A stretch of 64,000 nucleotides of DNA. Source: a virus. Lineage: Duplodnaviria > Caudoviricetes. Under the pieces are notes generated by a model that made no database searches, was not told where the DNA came from, and was given only the letters and a program-made list of their open reading frames with translations. Positions 1 through 6,800 of the stretch are shown here, piece by piece. Where the stretch lies: the IMG/VR virus record IMGVR_UViG_3300032270_000543, positions 85,887 to 149,886 of that record. One strand, written 5' to 3'. The translations under genes and the position numbers were made by a program. The number at the start of each line of letters is the position of its first letter. Position 1 is the stretch's first letter.

Positions 1-179
1 AGACTGCTTTTCACTGCACGGCACTGCTGACGGAATTCGCCGTCTAGCCGCGCCTTGCGCTCCTTGTGGGTACGCTTGTTGAAACCGAACGGCTTGCACT
101 GCTGCTGCCGTCCTCGGGCTACTGCTGCGCCCTGCCGCTCGGCTTCAATGTCTATGGGGTCTAGAACTCGCTTTGCCAT
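1..179 (-). CDS. hypothetical early protein, runs off the window (MAKRVLDPIDIEAERQG...)
   Basis: ATG 6 nt downstream of a TATACT -10 box; open to the window edge. Confidence 0.6.
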   Translation of the reverse strand, partial: MAKRVLDPIDIEAERQGAAVARGRQQQCKPFGFNKRTHKERKARLDGEFRQQCRAVKSS

Positions 180-185
180 GCACAC

Positions 186-213
186 AGTATAGCGTGTGCG
201 GCGGGAGTGTCAA
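186..213 (-). promoter_or_regulatory. sigma70-type promoter, leaderless start
   Basis: TTGACA-16nt-TATACT-GTGTGC-ATG. Confidence 0.85.
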
Positions 214-242
214 TGGGAAGAAGCGATTCCTGATTATTTGTT

Positions 243-500
243 TTAGGCGAGAACGCCGCCCGTGAGTCCTGCGGCAAAAGAAACTCCCCAAACACGAACA
301 GGGAATATTTCAGTGGTGCTTGCGCCGACTACTACACGAGTTTCTGCTGTTAATCCATTTGGGCGATAAGTAATAAAACCTGCGGTAAGACCAGCACCCG
401 TATTATTTGTAAGAAGAACAGCCTTGGACTTACCAACGGCAGCCGCAGCAGCACCAGCAGCATTTGGAAATTGGGTAAATTCGTTGAAAAGGTAACTCAT
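243..500 (-). CDS. small probable virion protein (85 aa, starts MSYLFNEF)
   Basis: GAGGA SD before ATG 500; ATACATA late-like motif upstream; Gly/Ala/Thr-rich with repeated GLT motifs; C-terminal IFPVRVWGV loosely resembles head-spike base proteins. Confidence 0.6.
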   Translation of the reverse strand: MSYLFNEFTQFPNAAGAAAAAVGKSKAVLLTNNTGAGLTAGFITYRPNGLTAETRVVVGASTTEIFPVRVWGVSFAAGLTGGVLA

Positions 501-526
501 GCGATTCCTCCGTATCCAGTATGTAT

Positions 527-554
527 AAAAGAAAAGGAGCCTTGCGGCTCCTTT
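527..554 (-). terminator. intrinsic terminator ending the tmRNA transcript
   Basis: AAAGGAGCC-GCAA-GGCTCCTTT followed by a T-rich tail. Confidence 0.85.
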
Positions 555-886
555 AGCCCATTCAGATGCGGGAGGGCTAGTCCCCACGGCTTCAAGCCGC
601 CATTGCCAGTTTGTTGGCAATCATGGTTGTAGCAGTTTTTTTAACGAGGATCCACCACACGCCTCGGGCATCTCCTGCTTCAGTACTCCGCACCAGTCGA
701 TTCCTTATCGACCCCGTAAGTCCCGAAGCCTAGGACTTCGGGAGATGCCCCCGCTGCACACGGAGGACTTGACTGCGGGAAGAGGCGGGTGATGCAGTCA
801 CTCCGCATTCGCGCATCTGAGTAATGGAGTCGGGGGGATTCGAACCCCCGTGCTGTATGCGTTTTCGTCCACGATCAACAATACCA
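555..886 (-). ncRNA. ssrA: circularly permuted (two-piece) tmRNA: acceptor piece ~886-825, intervening segment 824-716, coding piece from 715, tag ANKLAMAA* at 618-592
   Basis: T-arm GGGGG-TTCGAAT-CCCCC plus CGACTCCA lies upstream of the canonical 5' end GGGGTCGATAAGGAATCGAC; 7-bp acceptor stem with G3:U70 and A73; pk1-like CCGAGG...CCTCG-TTAAAAAAA; tag GCC AAC AAA CTG GCA ATG GCG GCT TGA. Confidence 0.92.
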
Positions 887-890
887 TTTG

Positions 891-897
891 TATTTAG
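891..897 (-). promoter_or_regulatory. late-promoter-like motif CTAAATA driving the tmRNA
   Basis: variant of T4 late TATAAATA; recurs upstream of many late genes in this window. Confidence 0.7.
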
Positions 898-1244
898 TTC
901 GTCACAACTTCTACACGCACCCAATCAGGACTGATGAGTTCAGAAGAAGGAACCGCAGCCATCTTGATTCTCTTGATGATGCGTAATTCGTCTTCACCAA
1001 CAACGCCATACGAGAACAGGCTGTTGCCAACCTTTACTGTAGGACCACCATCAAAGTCCACATAGTTGATGGTGTCGTCACGCATCTCTTCGGGGTGCAT
1101 GGTGTTCCACCCGTTGCGGATGGTTTCACTGCTGCCCTCGAACCAGTAGGTGGTGTTGTTCACTTTGGTGATCCACCGAATCTGTCCTGTGGTTCCACGA
1201 ACATACCACTGACCCTGATGCTTCTTTGGCTCTTTTGTTTTCAT
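894..1244 (-). CDS. hypothetical protein (YVDFDGGP motif; related to the ORF at 11946)
   Basis: ATGA overlap with the upstream gene; shares D-F-[DE]-G-G-P with 11946..12335. Confidence 0.7.
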   Translation of the reverse strand: MKTKEPKKHQGQWYVRGTTGQIRWITKVNNTTYWFEGSSETIRNGWNTMHPEEMRDDTINYVDFDGGPTVKVGNSLFSYGVVGEDELRIIKRIKMAAVPSSELISPDWVRVEVVTN

Positions 1245-1636
1245 ATAGACTCCATCATTTCACTCTCATTGTAGATGGTTTTCCAAACAGGGAGTGGCAC
1301 AAACACATTTTCTCCACGCTCATCATCCCACACCCACCACCCACCACACACTTCCGCGCAGTACAGTAGAATCTGTCCTTCTTCGGTGTTCTGCCGAAGA
1401 GCAAGTGTCCACAGGTAGTGTTCAAGCCCAATGATCCAACCAGCAGAATACTGTTCTTCGCTGATGTCACGCATCACGCGGAGGAGGATTCGCTTGTGTA
1501 TTTCTCTTGCGGGAAGTTTTCCCTTTGCGGGTGTTCCCTTTGGTGGCTCGTCCTTTGGAGCCAAAGGCGGCTTCCCAATTAGTCTCCCAAGCCACGCGAT
1601 CAACCTTGCGATAAGAGTCACCTTTTCCTGCGCCAT
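1241..1636 (-). CDS. hypothetical protein (MxDISExxYxAGW type); start uncertain
   Basis: C-terminal half looks like a folded phage hypothetical; N-terminal part overlaps ORF 1467..1649. Confidence 0.55.
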   Translation of the reverse strand: MAQEKVTLIARLIAWLGRLIGKPPLAPKDEPPKGTPAKGKLPAREIHKRILLRVMRDISEEQYSAGWIIGLEHYLWTLALRQNTEEGQILLYCAEVCGGWWVWDDERGENVFVPLPVWKTIYNESEMMESI

Positions 1637-1649
1637 GAATACCTTCCAT
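1467..1649 (-). CDS. small phage protein (GKGD..R.VD...NW...F type)
   Basis: MEGIHGAGKGDSYRKVDRVAWETNWEAAF matches a motif common in aquatic phage small proteins. Confidence 0.55.
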   Translation of the reverse strand: MEGIHGAGKGDSYRKVDRVAWETNWEAAFGSKGRATKGNTRKGKTSRKRNTQANPPPRDA

Positions 1650-1719
1650 TTCTGTAGTCCTTTCACATATAGTCACAGACGGAGTTCCCCGTCTACAGTA
1701 TGTATCGCATCAGATTATA

Positions 1720-2352
1720 TCAGCGGCGGCGGCGAGTTGTACCAATAAGTCCACCGATTGCCAAAAGAGAAATTGCGCCAGGTGCAGGAACCTCGTTTGC
1801 ACCGAATCCGCACCAGTCAATCAGATTTCCAATAGTGGGACCACCTGCTGCGGAAACGGCTTCAAACGCAAACCGTGTGGTGTTGCCGATTGAAATAACC
1901 GATCCGTAGTTGACTTCCCACTGCCCTGTGCCTGCCGAGAACTCCTGCGTGAACAGCGTGAAGTCATCGCCGCCGTCCCACTGCTGATCTGCACCAAGAT
2001 CCGTGATGGTGAGGCGCATGGTGTCTACACCCCAACGCCCACGGTGTGCAAAGTGCCAGTTGATGCTGTTGTTGTCACCAAGCCCACCAACATCTTGATA
2101 TAGAGTGGAAGCGTATGTAGCGTTCAGTTCGGCAAAGTTGTTGCCGTGGTACGCTTCAACGCCTTCAGTCCAACTAGACCAAATCTCAAGTGTGTTGTCC
2201 AAAGCCGTGGTTGCCCAACCGTAGTGGGGATCACCACCGTCAAAATACGAATAACTGTCAGCAGGATACGATTCAAAACTGCCGTCTACGAGATCCGCAA
2301 CTGCGGATGTGGTTACAACCGAAGCAGCAAGTGCTGCGAAAACCGTCTTCAT
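1720..2352 (-). CDS. secreted PEP-CTERM-type sorting-domain protein (beta-sandwich, carbohydrate-binding-like body)
   Basis: signal peptide MKTVFAALAASVVTTSAVA; C-terminus VPAPGAISLLAIGGLIGTTRRRR. Confidence 0.85.
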   Translation of the reverse strand: MKTVFAALAASVVTTSAVADLVDGSFESYPADSYSYFDGGDPHYGWATTALDNTLEIWSSWTEGVEAYHGNNFAELNATYASTLYQDVGGLGDNNSINWHFAHRGRWGVDTMRLTITDLGADQQWDGGDDFTLFTQEFSAGTGQWEVNYGSVISIGNTTRFAFEAVSAAGGPTIGNLIDWCGFGANEVPAPGAISLLAIGGLIGTTRRRR

Positions 2353-2368
2353 CTCTTTTCCTCTTTCC

Positions 2369-3205
2369 TTATGCGCGTCTGCGCGTATTTACTATTCCGC
2401 CCACTGCAAACACTGCAATGGTCGATGGCGAAGGGGTGGAGATCGGCTGCACCGATCCCCCGCCACCCATACCGTAGTAGTCACCAAAGCCGTAGTTGTC
2501 ACCCAACGCAATCGTTGTGGAATAAACATCAAACGGTAAAGTGCTTGGAGTCAGGAATGCCGCGTAGTTGTCTGCTGGCAGTTCTGCTGATGCAATCTCG
2601 GGCATCAGACTTTCGGGAGTTTGCGTTAAAGCCTTCACAGGGATTTTTGGTTTCTGTACAACCACCGAAACCTCGGCGGCTTCGCCCTTGCCGTCCCCTG
2701 ACGGCTTTTCCTTGAATGCTTTTGTGATATCGCCGCTGCCCTTGTCCGCAGCAGCCTGCTGCGTCATTGGTTCCTTGGAGCGATACGGCTTCCAACCGCC
2801 CATGCTGATCTTCTCGCCGCCTTTGCCGTCCTTGGGCTTGTCCTTGTCCGTGTTTGCAGGTGCCGCAGGAGCCGATGGTGCGGCACCGCCTCCCCCACCG
2901 CCCATGATTTTTTGTTGTATGCCCTGCAAGAAACCTAGTTTCTCGCCAATCTTGGCAACCGCGTCCTGACCCACAACCGTTGCTCCAACAGCCGTAGCCA
3001 GTTGGAATGCAATGAGTTGTTTCTGCAACTTTTTGAGTTTGCCGTCAGACTGTTCAGCCCGTTCCAACGCCTCACGCTCTCGCGCTGTGCGTTCTGCTTC
3101 CCGTGCTTCTTGGCATTGCTTAAGTCCCTCGCGGAGTGTGTCCCGCTCGGCATTCTTTAGTTTTTCACAATCACACGGCGAATCCTCGCTGTGTTTGTGT
3201 GCCAT
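2369..3205 (-). CDS. coiled-coil/low-complexity protein with PEP-CTERM-like C-terminal signal
   Basis: C-terminus TPSPSTIAVFAVGGIVNTRRRA; internal hydrophobic segment LIAFQLATAVGATVVG; GGAGG SD. Confidence 0.7.
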   Translation of the reverse strand: MAHKHSEDSPCDCEKLKNAERDTLREGLKQCQEAREAERTAREREALERAEQSDGKLKKLQKQLIAFQLATAVGATVVGQDAVAKIGEKLGFLQGIQQKIMGGGGGGAAPSAPAAPANTDKDKPKDGKGGEKISMGGWKPYRSKEPMTQQAAADKGSGDITKAFKEKPSGDGKGEAAEVSVVVQKPKIPVKALTQTPESLMPEIASAELPADNYAAFLTPSTLPFDVYSTTIALGDNYGFGDYYGMGGGGSVQPISTPSPSTIAVFAVGGIVNTRRRA

Positions 3206-3309
3206 CGTTCCCTGTCCTCCGTAAAAATTGGGATCAGGACGAAAAGCAAAAACTCCCGTGAAACTATTTATGTCTCACGGGAGCGCGAAGCAGCGGTTAG
3301 CCGCAATAT

Positions 3310-3444
3310 TTACTTCTTTTGTCGGGTCTTGGGCTTGCGCCATGCACGATTGCACAGGCGATCCACCGCTGTGAACGACAGTGCAATCACAATGCCGCCC
3401 ATGAAGAGTGCCAACAGGTTTCCGAATGCGTTATCAATGTTCAT
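3310..3444 (-). CDS. small membrane protein (44 aa)
   Basis: MNIDNAFGNLLALFMGGIVIALSF... one TM segment plus basic tail; overlaps the 3' end of the upstream gene. Confidence 0.5.
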   Translation of the reverse strand: MNIDNAFGNLLALFMGGIVIALSFTAVDRLCNRAWRKPKTRQKK

Positions 3445-3652
3445 GCTTTTCTTCCTTCTTTATCAACCGCTTCCAATCGTTCAGAGATCGGTACGCGGAT
3501 CTGAATAGAGCGAGGGTGAGAGGGGTGTATCCAATGCGACCGCTCTTGTCGCGCCGATACTTTTCAAGTCGCGGCAGGTCGCCGCATAAGTCATCAAAGG
3601 CTTTCGCCAGTTCCCGAAGGGCTTGTAACTCTTCCGCTTCCCGATCTCGCAT
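3434..3652 (-). CDS. hypothetical protein
   Basis: GGAGG SD before ATG 3652. Confidence 0.55.
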   Translation of the reverse strand: MRDREAEELQALRELAKAFDDLCGDLPRLEKYRRDKSGRIGYTPLTLALFRSAYRSLNDWKRLIKKEEKHEH

Positions 3653-3699
3653 GGCTTCACCTCCATATCGTACTCCGTGGTGTGTGCCGCGAGAGGGGA

Positions 3700-3912
3700 T
3701 CAACCCTGCGGCTTGGCAGAGAATCCAAACGGCTGCGCGGGGACAGCGACCGCAGGGCGATCAAGCCCCGCCACCGCGTTCTGCACAATCTTGTTGATCT
3801 GCTCGTTGAAGGTCATGTTGTTCGCATGAGCCATCTTTGCGATCTTCAGGAACTGTGCGTCCCCAATGTTCATGTCAAGAGTGATCTGTGTGGTTTTCTT
3901 TGGCGTAGTCAT
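3700..3912 (-). CDS. small ribbon-helix-helix-like DNA-binding protein
   Basis: ITLDM...FLKIAKMAH..NMTFNEQIN pattern; GGAG SD. Confidence 0.6.
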   Translation of the reverse strand: MTTPKKTTQITLDMNIGDAQFLKIAKMAHANNMTFNEQINKIVQNAVAGLDRPAVAVPAQPFGFSAKPQG

Positions 3913-3915
3913 GGT

Positions 3916-4212
3916 TTAGTCTCCGATCTTCTTGCCCTTCAGTGCCAGCATTGCAATTTCACGCGCACAAGACGAAACAAGCAGTTCAGTGGGATCAACA
4001 CCCCAATCCAACACCGCTCGCTTCACCAACTTATTTAGGTCGGAATCGCGGTCAATTGTCTCACGGACTTCAGGAATGTTGTCCGCACCCATTTCAAGAA
4101 TTCCGAAAGCCCACAAGCCATCGCCCTCGTAATCAATGAAAGCCACCTGATCGTTTTGCGTGTTGTAGCCGCTGCTGTTGCTGTCGTAGGAGTTGTAGTT
4201 GTCGTAGTGCAT
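3916..4212 (-). CDS. hypothetical protein
   Basis: ORF in tight tandem packing, immediately downstream of the tRNA-like gene. Confidence 0.6.
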   Translation of the reverse strand: MHYDNYNSYDSNSSGYNTQNDQVAFIDYEGDGLWAFGILEMGADNIPEVRETIDRDSDLNKLVKRAVLDWGVDPTELLVSSCAREIAMLALKGKKIGD

Positions 4213-4226
4213 GGTAGTTTCGTAAA

Positions 4227-4297
4227 TAGGCGGTTCAGGTGTCGATCCTGAATGAACCTGGTATAAGCAGGTCTGCGAAGCCGTCCGCCCACCGCCC
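4227..4297 (-). tRNA. atypical tRNA with UAU anticodon (tRNA-Ile(UAU)-like)
   Basis: acceptor GGGCGGT/ACCGCCT + A73; anticodon arm ACCTG-CTTATAC-CAGGT; T-arm TCAGG-ATCGACA-CCTGA; non-canonical G8 and A54. Confidence 0.7.
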
Positions 4298-4307
4298 AGT
4301 GGATTAG

Positions 4308-4487
4308 TTAACGCTTGACCACAGAGATGAACAGCGTGAGTGTGAGCAGCACGGACGCAATAGCCGTAGCAGTCAGCATCACGGTGACAAGAATGCTCTC
4401 AATGTCATCGCGGGTGTAGCACGGAACTGGCGCAGTCTTCTTTGCGGTCTTGCTCTTCTTGGTGGTCTTTTCAATCTGAATCTTCAT
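4308..4487 (-). CDS. small membrane protein (59 aa)
   Basis: basic N-terminus plus C-terminal TM segment; ATGA overlap; GAGGA SD. Confidence 0.55.
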   Translation of the reverse strand: MKIQIEKTTKKSKTAKKTAPVPCYTRDDIESILVTVMLTATAIASVLLTLTLFISVVKR

Positions 4488-4741
4488 AGGGTTTCCTCTG
4501 TAATGGTGATTCGGTTCTTTTGATTGGTGACATGACCACTCGGAGTCTTCACGAAATAGTTGCTCCGCTGCCGATCATCGTCATGTCCCAAACGGTAGTT
4601 AATAGAGGAGACTCCACGGCTCTGGAGTTCCTGAAAGAGTTGAGGGGACTGAAGTGTTCCCACCACCATCTCGGAAATGGTGAGGGCATCTGCTTCACTC
4701 AAAGGCAGAGGGATGTCGATGTGTAGCCGATACGCGCTCAT
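4484..4741 (-). CDS. hypothetical protein (starts MSAYRLHIDIP)
   Basis: AAGGAG SD and promoter upstream. Confidence 0.7.
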   Translation of the reverse strand: MSAYRLHIDIPLPLSEADALTISEMVVGTLQSPQLFQELQSRGVSSINYRLGHDDDRQRSNYFVKTPSGHVTNQKNRITITEETL

Positions 4742-4763
4742 GCCTGACTCCTTTACGGTAGTA

Positions 4764-4791
4764 AGTATAGCATGACGGGGAGGGAATGCAA
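4764..4791 (-). promoter_or_regulatory. sigma70-type promoter
   Basis: TTGCAT-16nt-TATACT. Confidence 0.7.
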
Positions 4792-4952
4792 TCCCTCGTA
4801 TCGGTGTTCCTGTATTTGATTTGGGGTGTCCCTGTGGTATACAGTTGTGTACTGGTGTATTCTTAATACATCTCATCTTCACACTGGACACAGATACTTA
4901 TACGAGTGGAAAATTCACCCGAATATAAAAGTCAATACTTCAGGAAAACGGA

Positions 4953-5126
4953 TTACTTTGAAAGTTTGTGCTTGTCAACGGCTGTCACGCTCTTGCGTAG
5001 CGCGTCCATGACTTGAGCCAATTCGCGCCACCCTATTTGGTCAAGAAGGTATTCCTCATACGAATGAACGGCAAGTGCTGCTGCGTTCAGGAGGTCTTCG
5101 TTGAGTTCCTTCTCGGACTTTTTCAT
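4953..5126 (-). CDS. hypothetical protein
   Basis: GAGGG SD; tandem packing. Confidence 0.55.
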   Translation of the reverse strand: MKKSEKELNEDLLNAAALAVHSYEEYLLDQIGWRELAQVMDALRKSVTAVDKHKLSK

Positions 5127-5130
5127 AGGC

Positions 5131-5451
5131 TTACCCTCGCTTGAAAAATAGCAGGAGTCGCGCAAACCAGTTTAGTTTGGTGTTCTCTGCCTGTGCCTTC
5201 TTTCGCTTCAACTCTGCTGCCTCTTCCATGATTTCGTATGTGAGAATGTTTTGAATCTGCTGGGGCATTACCATTGGCGTGGCGTCCGTGAACCGTGTCT
5301 TTGCGAACTGTAGCAGTTCGTAAATCTTTTGAGACTCTGCGAGTTTCCGCCACTCCTCCCCGCCGTCCACGGATTCGTATATTCCGTAGATGCCGTCTTC
5401 GCCGTCAATGCGAACCAAGTCAATACCGATGATTTTTTCACTGTCAAGCAT
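5131..5451 (-). CDS. hypothetical protein
   Basis: GGAGG SD upstream. Confidence 0.65.
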   Translation of the reverse strand: MLDSEKIIGIDLVRIDGEDGIYGIYESVDGGEEWRKLAESQKIYELLQFAKTRFTDATPMVMPQQIQNILTYEIMEEAAELKRKKAQAENTKLNWFARLLLFFKRG

Positions 5452-5475
5452 GACGAACCTCCAAAAGTATCTATG

Positions 5476-5502
5476 AAAAAAGCCGCCCCGTTGGGGGCGG
5501 CT
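5476..5502 (-). terminator. intrinsic terminator
   Basis: AGCCGCCCC stem followed by a T6 tail on the - strand. Confidence 0.7.
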
Positions 5503-5511
5503 GTGGGCGAT

Positions 5512-5649
5512 TCAACTATTTTGGAGTTCGCGTTTGGCATCACGCCGCGCCTTGCGTGGGCAGCGCGACTTCTTGCCCCATGTCTTCGGGCGCAAGCGTT
5601 GCCCCTCGCGGAGCGCATCGTGTACGAACTTTCCTGCTCTGATGTTCAT
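5512..5649 (-). CDS. small basic protein (45 aa)
   Basis: AGGAG SD; ATGA overlap. Confidence 0.5.
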   Translation of the reverse strand: MNIRAGKFVHDALREGQRLRPKTWGKKSRCPRKARRDAKRELQNS

Positions 5650-5972
5650 GGTGTCTCCTGTTCTCCGCTCCACGGCTTCCAACCGCCTTGGTCAATCAAA
5701 TCGTTCCACACATCGCGCCCAAGAATGGTTCCCATGCTCGTTGGATTGCTTGCTTCCAACTTGATGGTGAAATGGGTAGTCCACACCAACCACTCCTTTG
5801 CCAACCCAAACGGGTGAAAGCAAATCACCACATCGGGATTGTGTGGAACTTCAGGCGTTTCTTCCCACGCAAAGGTGATGACTCCGATCCGCTCGTTTCG
5901 CAGGATTGCCCTGTAGCCCTTGGGGTGGGTGAAGTGTTCGCGGATGGTTCGGTGGCGGTGCAGTTCGGGCAT
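5646..5972 (-). CDS. hypothetical protein with C-terminal R-x-x-W-x-x-L-x-x-x-G motif
   Basis: AAGGAGG SD; stop/start overlap; GRDVWNDLIDQGGW. Confidence 0.6.
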   Translation of the reverse strand: MPELHRHRTIREHFTHPKGYRAILRNERIGVITFAWEETPEVPHNPDVVICFHPFGLAKEWLVWTTHFTIKLEASNPTSMGTILGRDVWNDLIDQGGWKPWSGEQETP

Positions 5973-6184
5973 TATTTGCCGTCCTCCTTTCGTGGCACAG
6001 GGACAATCGTCACCAGATCGTCGGGAGGTGCAGGAAGGTCGCGCACACCGCGTAGCACATCTTGACCGAGCAACAGCAAGCGACATTCCCGCCTCGCCTC
6101 GTCACGCTCACGCAACGCATCAACGAGTTGATTGTTGAGGTTCCTGATCGTTTCGTTCAGGTACTCGCGCTCTTCTTCGCTCAC
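5972..6184 (-). CDS. small coiled-coil 'ERDEARR' cassette protein A
   Basis: GTG start coupled to the upstream TGA; ends KEDGK. Confidence 0.65.
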   Translation of the reverse strand: MSEEEREYLNETIRNLNNQLVDALRERDEARRECRLLLLGQDVLRGVRDLPAPPDDLVTIVPVPRKEDGK

Positions 6185-6422
6185 TTGCCGTCCTCCTTGA
6201 AGCAGTCCCATCCTTTTGAGATCGCCACATCCAATGACGGGAAGGGTTTGAAGTCCCTCTCTCCGTCATTCCACACAGTTTCGTGATGATGTTCAACCTC
6301 CTTGCAATACATCCGCCTCGCCTCGTCGCGCTCACGCAACGCATCAACGAGTTGATTGTTGAGGTTCCTGATCGTTTCGTTCAGGTACTCGCGCTCTTCT
6401 TCGCTCACTTGCCGTCCTCCTT
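6089..6422. repeat. 110-bp direct repeat (6089-6198 and 6313-6422, 1 mismatch)
   Basis: direct sequence comparison. Confidence 0.95.
6181..6408 (-). CDS. small coiled-coil 'ERDEARR' cassette protein B
   Basis: N-terminal ~32 aa identical to cassette A; different C-terminus; ends KEDGK. Confidence 0.65.
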   Translation of the reverse strand: MSEEEREYLNETIRNLNNQLVDALRERDEARRMYCKEVEHHHETVWNDGERDFKPFPSLDVAISKGWDCFKEDGK

Positions 6423-6527
6423 CTTCGTGCGTCTTGGAAACAGAACGCTTAACCCGATCCCTGCGAGGCAACACAGCATCGTCAGGACGATGCCGACAAT
6501 CACTCCGATTCCGAAATCTTCGCTCAC
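6405..6527 (-). CDS. small membrane protein (40 aa) ending KEDGK
   Basis: MSEDFGIGVIVGIVLTMLCCLAGIGLSVLF...; GTGA-coupled at both ends. Confidence 0.55.
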   Translation of the reverse strand: MSEDFGIGVIVGIVLTMLCCLAGIGLSVLFPRRTKKEDGK

Positions 6528-6793
6528 TTGTCAGTCTCCTCGCAGGTGTCACAGGTGTCGTAGTCGGTGTCGTAAACGATTTCGCCGCAGCAGCGGCACG
6601 GGTTCGCGTTGTCATCAGGCACAGGCGCGTCCTTGCCTGACACGATGCCGTAGCAACGGCGGCACAGGGTCGCGCTCTCGCCCACATTGGCGGAAGCCAC
6701 ATCACACGGCAGGGACTCCACCACCATCCGCGCCTTGGCGTGGACGCGGCAACCGCAACTGTCACAGTGTTCGTAATTGCACATTTGAGTCAT
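6524..6793 (-). CDS. Cys-rich zinc-finger-like protein
   Basis: four CxxC pairs; AAGGAG SD. Confidence 0.6.
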   Translation of the reverse strand: MTQMCNYEHCDSCGCRVHAKARMVVESLPCDVASANVGESATLCRRCYGIVSGKDAPVPDDNANPCRCCGEIVYDTDYDTCDTCEETDK

Positions 6794-6800
6794 TCTCCTT

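Noticed and set aside
716-824. HDV-like/theta ribozyme in the tmRNA intervening segment
   Set aside because: P1- and P2-like pairings exist, but only 8 nt lie between them, too few for P3/L3/P1.1, so it is not called.
730-924. 64-aa ORF here, and the 40-aa N-terminal extension of ORF 243..620
   Set aside because: They overlap the tmRNA pieces and terminator; the RNA explanation is much stronger.
6089-6422. CRISPR array or IS ends
   Set aside because: Only two 110-bp coding repeats; no regular repeat-spacer array, cas genes or transposase are seen anywhere in the window.
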